From assembly GCA_944393585.1 (NCBI GenBank), contig CALYAR010000095.1, forward strand, positions 1 through 28,671: DNA of 28,671 nucleotides, read 5' to 3'. Source of the stretch: an uncultured Clostridia bacterium (GTDB lineage: Bacteria > Bacillota > Clostridia > CALYAR01). Within the stretch, counting starts at the first letter, position 1. The number at the start of each line of letters is the position of its first letter. Positions 25,392 to 28,671 of the stretch are shown piece after piece. Below the pieces are notes generated by a model that ran no database searches, had not been told where the DNA came from, and saw only the letters and a list, made by a program, of their open reading frames with translations. The position numbers and the translations under genes are program-made.

Positions 25392-27014
25392 ATGTCCGCA
25401 AAATCCAAAGTTACACTGCTATCAAATGAAAAGCAAAATACTACCAGCTGTAATAGTGTAACTTATTTTGATATGGAACAAAAAAAGAAAAATGAGGAAA
25501 AGGCGGCTCCGTCATCTGGAAAAACGGCTGGAAAAGCCCCTTCTTTCAAACAAGATTCTGAGGTTTCGCTGAATCTTTCCAAGCCGCAGCCAACTTTCAC
25601 ACCGCTGAAAAAGAAAACAAAAAGAATTCTCAATGCATGCTTGCTCGCAGTATTTTATTTATTCTGCTATCTGATCGGAACCAGTTGGAAATGCTGCAAA
25701 AACTTTGGCAAATACTTAAAGCGTACTTTTATCTCTGCTAACAGGCATGTTTTGGGGAGGTCAGTTGCCGCTTTTGCGGTGATGGTTCTTTTATTGGGAT
25801 GTGGTTATCTCGTGCTCACCAGCATAACGGAAATTGGATACAAAGTCCTAGCCAACGATGTTGTGTTAGGCACTGTCCGCGAGAAATCAGATTACTATCT
25901 GGCTTTATCAGATGCAAATGCTGATATTGCTGATGAATATGGCGATCAGTTTTTATCTTCTGCAGATGTTACATTTGAAAAAGCTCTTCTCCCTCAAAAT
26001 GATTTTTCTTCTTTGGAAGATTTGACAGAAGCTGCTTATGGCTCCAATGAAAATCTTACTATGTCTTATATGGTTACCATAGACGGAATTGACGTGATCT
26101 CCACCTCTACTTTGGAAGATGCTCAAAAGATTTTAGACGGGTTCAAAAATCAGTTTTTAACGGAACAAAGTATCACCGCTCAATATACCAATGAAATTAC
26201 CATAGAAAAGAAATATGCTCCCAAAGCGATGATGACGGATGTTACTTCTGGAATTACTTTTTTAAATTCCCTGCTCCCTCAGCAAACGGCAGCGGCAGTT
26301 TGGACCTCAGTTTCTCCTCAGGCGGTTATGCTGTCTGCCTCAGCGGATTCCAGTATCGTATTAACCCAGCTTCCTCAGCTGGAGGTTGTTACTGTGGATC
26401 AAGTGCTTACGACCGAAACGATTCCCTTTGAAACAGAAACGGTAGAAAATCCAGACCGATATGTTGACACTGACCCCGTCGTAATCCAGGAAGGAGTCGA
26501 AGGAGAAAAGAGCATTGGGATTGAAGTGACCAAATCGAATGGAACGGTAGTAAGTGAAGTTCCGGTAGAAGAAACCGTCACCAAAGAACCGGTAAATCAA
26601 GTGATTGAGGTGGGTTCCAAACCGCTTCCCACAGGAGTTGGAACCGGAAGTTTTGAGATTCCAGTCAGCGGATATACCATTTCCTCCAAATATGGCTACC
26701 GTCATGGTTCCCTTCATACCGGTATTGACCTTGCCGTCAGCTATGGCACATCCGTAAGAGCATCTGATGAAGGAATCGTTACTTTTTCCGGCTGGAAAGG
26801 CGGATATGGATATCTTGTAATTGTAGACCATCAGAACGGTTATGAAACTTACTATGCCCACAACAGCAAACTTCTGGTAGAAGAAGGCCAAATTGTAGAA
26901 CAGGGCGAAACCATTGCCAAAGCGGGGAGCACGGGAAACAGCACAGGGCCGCACTGTCATTTTGAAATTCGCAAAAATGGTTCTACTGTAAACCCTTACT
27001 CGTATATTTTTTAA
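25392..27014 (+). CDS. Membrane-bound G5-domain M23 (LytM-type) peptidoglycan metalloendopeptidase
   Basis: ATG 25392 (MSAKSK..., AGAGG 8 nt upstream) gives 540 aa. Two TMs. A G5-like segment (ETETVENPDRYVDTDPVVIQEGVEGEKSIGIEV). M23 motifs HTGIDLA, YYAHNS and GPHCHFEI. Confidence 0.85.
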   Translation: MSAKSKVTLLSNEKQNTTSCNSVTYFDMEQKKKNEEKAAPSSGKTAGKAPSFKQDSEVSLNLSKPQPTFTPLKKKTKRILNACLLAVFYLFCYLIGTSWKCCKNFGKYLKRTFISANRHVLGRSVAAFAVMVLLLGCGYLVLTSITEIGYKVLANDVVLGTVREKSDYYLALSDANADIADEYGDQFLSSADVTFEKALLPQNDFSSLEDLTEAAYGSNENLTMSYMVTIDGIDVISTSTLEDAQKILDGFKNQFLTEQSITAQYTNEITIEKKYAPKAMMTDVTSGITFLNSLLPQQTAAAVWTSVSPQAVMLSASADSSIVLTQLPQLEVVTVDQVLTTETIPFETETVENPDRYVDTDPVVIQEGVEGEKSIGIEVTKSNGTVVSEVPVEETVTKEPVNQVIEVGSKPLPTGVGTGSFEIPVSGYTISSKYGYRHGSLHTGIDLAVSYGTSVRASDEGIVTFSGWKGGYGYLVIVDHQNGYETYYAHNSKLLVEEGQIVEQGETIAKAGSTGNSTGPHCHFEIRKNGSTVNPYSYIF

Positions 27015-27032
27015 AATTACAGAAAAGATTAC

Positions 27033-27060
27033 AAAAAGCGGTTTTAACAACCGCTTTTTT
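27033..27060 (+). terminator. Intrinsic terminator after the M23 peptidase gene
   Basis: AAAAA-GCGGTT-ttaac-AACCGC-TTTTTT, 19 nt after the stop. Flanking A and T runs make it potentially bidirectional. Confidence 0.75.
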
Positions 27061-27142
27061 GATGGGATAATTTTGAGCTATATCTTTTTCTTTCAATATG
27101 TTAAAATGTTTTGGGTTTACTTAACTAAGGAGGAATGAAAAA

Positions 27143-28543
27143 ATGGCATTGCGTTCTAAATCCAATTCCGATCGTCATATTGTCTATGATATGACCGTCG
27201 GATCGCCTTTTCGAGCAATTTGGAAATTTTCCATGCCTATGATGCTCAGCATGTTCTTTCAGCAGTTTTATAATTTTGCCGACAGTATTATTGCCGGCCG
27301 ATTTGCAGGGGAAGACGCATTAGCAGCAGTCGGAGCGTCCTATCCCATCACTGCATTATTTATTGCTGTGGCTACGGGTTCCTGCATTGGAGCTTCTGTA
27401 ATTATCTCCCAATATTTTGGGGCGAAGCAATATGCTTCCATGAAAGCATCGATATCCACCTGCTTGATTTCTTTAACAGGTATGGCCGTAATTTTGACCA
27501 TAATAGGACTTATTATTGGTGATCCGCTGATGAAACTGCTGCAAACGCCGGACAATATTTTTGAAGATTCTGCACTCTACCTACGGATTTATATTATGGG
27601 GCTGGTCTTTTTATTTGTATATAATGCGGCGACAGCCGTATACAATGCGTTAGGCAACTCCCGGACCCCTCTATACTTTTTAATTTTTTCTTCCGTTTTA
27701 AATGTCATATTAGACTATGTGTTTATCGTATACTATCATATGGGGGTTTCCGGGGTTGCATGGGCAACTTTTATTGCACAAGGACTTTCTTCCATTTTAG
27801 CAATACTAAATCTGTTCGTAAAGCTGCGGCACATTGAGCCAAATTTAAAATACTCTTTTTTTGACTCTGGAATTTTAAAAAGTATCTCCCGAGTTGCAGT
27901 TCCAAGCATTTTTCAGCAGTCCTTTATTTCCGTCGGGCAGTTGTTTGTTCAAGGTTTAATTAACAATTATGGATCAGCTGTTGTAGCCGGCTACTCTTCT
28001 GCATTCAAAGTCAATACGTTGGCTATTGCGGTTATAAATACCATGGCAAGTGCTCTGTCCAGTTATACAGCGCAAAATATCGGAGCGAATAAGATGGATC
28101 GTATCAAGTCCGGTTACCTCACTTCAATCGCAATTACAGCTGCTTTTTTAGTTGTATTAGTAAGTGCTATTCTCCTATTTGCAGAGCCGATTATCAGTAT
28201 TTTTGTCAAACCAGGAGAAAGCTTGGAAGTAATTCATGTAGGAGCTGCCTTTATCCGCACTGTCTCTCCCTTCTATTTTATGGTAATGTTCAAAATTCTG
28301 TCCAGCGGCATATTACGGGGAGCCGGAGATATGCGCGACTTTATGATTGCAACTTTCAGCGATCTGGTTCTGCGCGTATTGTTTTCCTATCTGCTCTCTC
28401 CCCTGCTCGGATATCCCGGAATTTGGTGGGCCTATCCAGTTGGCTGGGTTGTCGGAACTGCCCTATCCGTTATATTTTTGCTGCGCGGCAAATGGAAAAA
28501 ACAGATTATATCTCCATCACCAAAGCCAGATCAAACTGCATAA
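27143..28543 (+). CDS. MATE-family efflux transporter
   Basis: 466 aa, 12 TM. N-terminal MATE pattern (PMMLSMFFQQFYNFADSIIAGRFAGEDALAAVG). AAGGAGGA SD. Confidence 0.85.
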   Translation: MALRSKSNSDRHIVYDMTVGSPFRAIWKFSMPMMLSMFFQQFYNFADSIIAGRFAGEDALAAVGASYPITALFIAVATGSCIGASVIISQYFGAKQYASMKASISTCLISLTGMAVILTIIGLIIGDPLMKLLQTPDNIFEDSALYLRIYIMGLVFLFVYNAATAVYNALGNSRTPLYFLIFSSVLNVILDYVFIVYYHMGVSGVAWATFIAQGLSSILAILNLFVKLRHIEPNLKYSFFDSGILKSISRVAVPSIFQQSFISVGQLFVQGLINNYGSAVVAGYSSAFKVNTLAIAVINTMASALSSYTAQNIGANKMDRIKSGYLTSIAITAAFLVVLVSAILLFAEPIISIFVKPGESLEVIHVGAAFIRTVSPFYFMVMFKILSSGILRGAGDMRDFMIATFSDLVLRVLFSYLLSPLLGYPGIWWAYPVGWVVGTALSVIFLLRGKWKKQIISPSPKPDQTA

Positions 28544-28566
28544 GGTGTAGGTTTGTCAAACATTTG

Positions 28567-28671
28567 TTACAGTGAATTTAAATACTCCCGAAGTACCTCG
28601 TTAGGTGTTTTCCATCCCAGTGGCCGCATGGGGAAATCGTTATAGTCCTTACGGTTATAAGCCTTGAGCTG
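28567..28671 (-). mobile_element. C-terminal 34 codons of a DDE/rve-type transposase (IS30-like tail), cut by the right edge
   Basis: Hand translation of the minus strand: QLKAYNRKDYNDFPMRPLGWKTPNEVLREYLNSL*. The RP.LG.KTPNEV tail resembles IS30-family transposase C-termini. Only a fragment is visible, and no inverted repeat could be identified. Confidence 0.4.

Noticed and set aside
1-28671. Search for CRISPR arrays, tandem repeats, tRNA/rRNA genes, integrase/att sites and toxin-antitoxin or defence gene pairs.
   Set aside because: I saw no periodic direct repeats, no tRNA-like T-arm or acceptor signatures, and no small adjacent gene pairs with TA-like properties. The only mobile-element trace is the edge fragment at 28567-28671.

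Overview
Largely housekeeping chromosomal segment of a Firmicutes genome, most likely Clostridia and probably a spore-former. All family calls rest on motifs I recognise in the translations and on gene order; no database search was possible. 26 of 33 coding features lie on the minus strand. Minus-strand blocks: (i) a cell-shape/division cluster, DUF4321 - maf - mreB - mreC - mreD - PBP2 - minC - minD - minE - mgsA - Zn-ribbon protein - rnhA; (ii) TolB-like membrane protein - Zn-ribbon coiled-coil protein - ung - zapA - U32-family enzyme - dut; (iii) COG2509 flavoprotein - HI0933/BaiN-like flavoprotein - dtd, a NUDIX hydrolase, and dus - small membrane protein - tyrS (cut by the left edge). Plus-strand genes: an Asn/Gln-rich micro-ORF, a DUF1113-like membrane protein, an MFS transporter, YetF/DUF421 + DUF4363, a G5-M23 peptidase and a MATE exporter. 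A transposase C-terminus is cut by the right edge. I found no rRNA, tRNA, CRISPR array, prophage, or recognisable defence or toxin-antitoxin module, and no convincing novel multi-gene system. The least explained pieces are: a 740-bp ORF-free spacer (17122-17861) with a near-consensus promoter followed by a long, stem-rich, GC-normal leader or ncRNA; a 52-aa Asn/Gln-rich microprotein gene (2542-2700); an ung gene whose strong Shine-Dalgarno is positioned for an in-frame ACG; and a membrane-anchored PD40-like beta-propeller protein paired with a Zn-ribbon protein.
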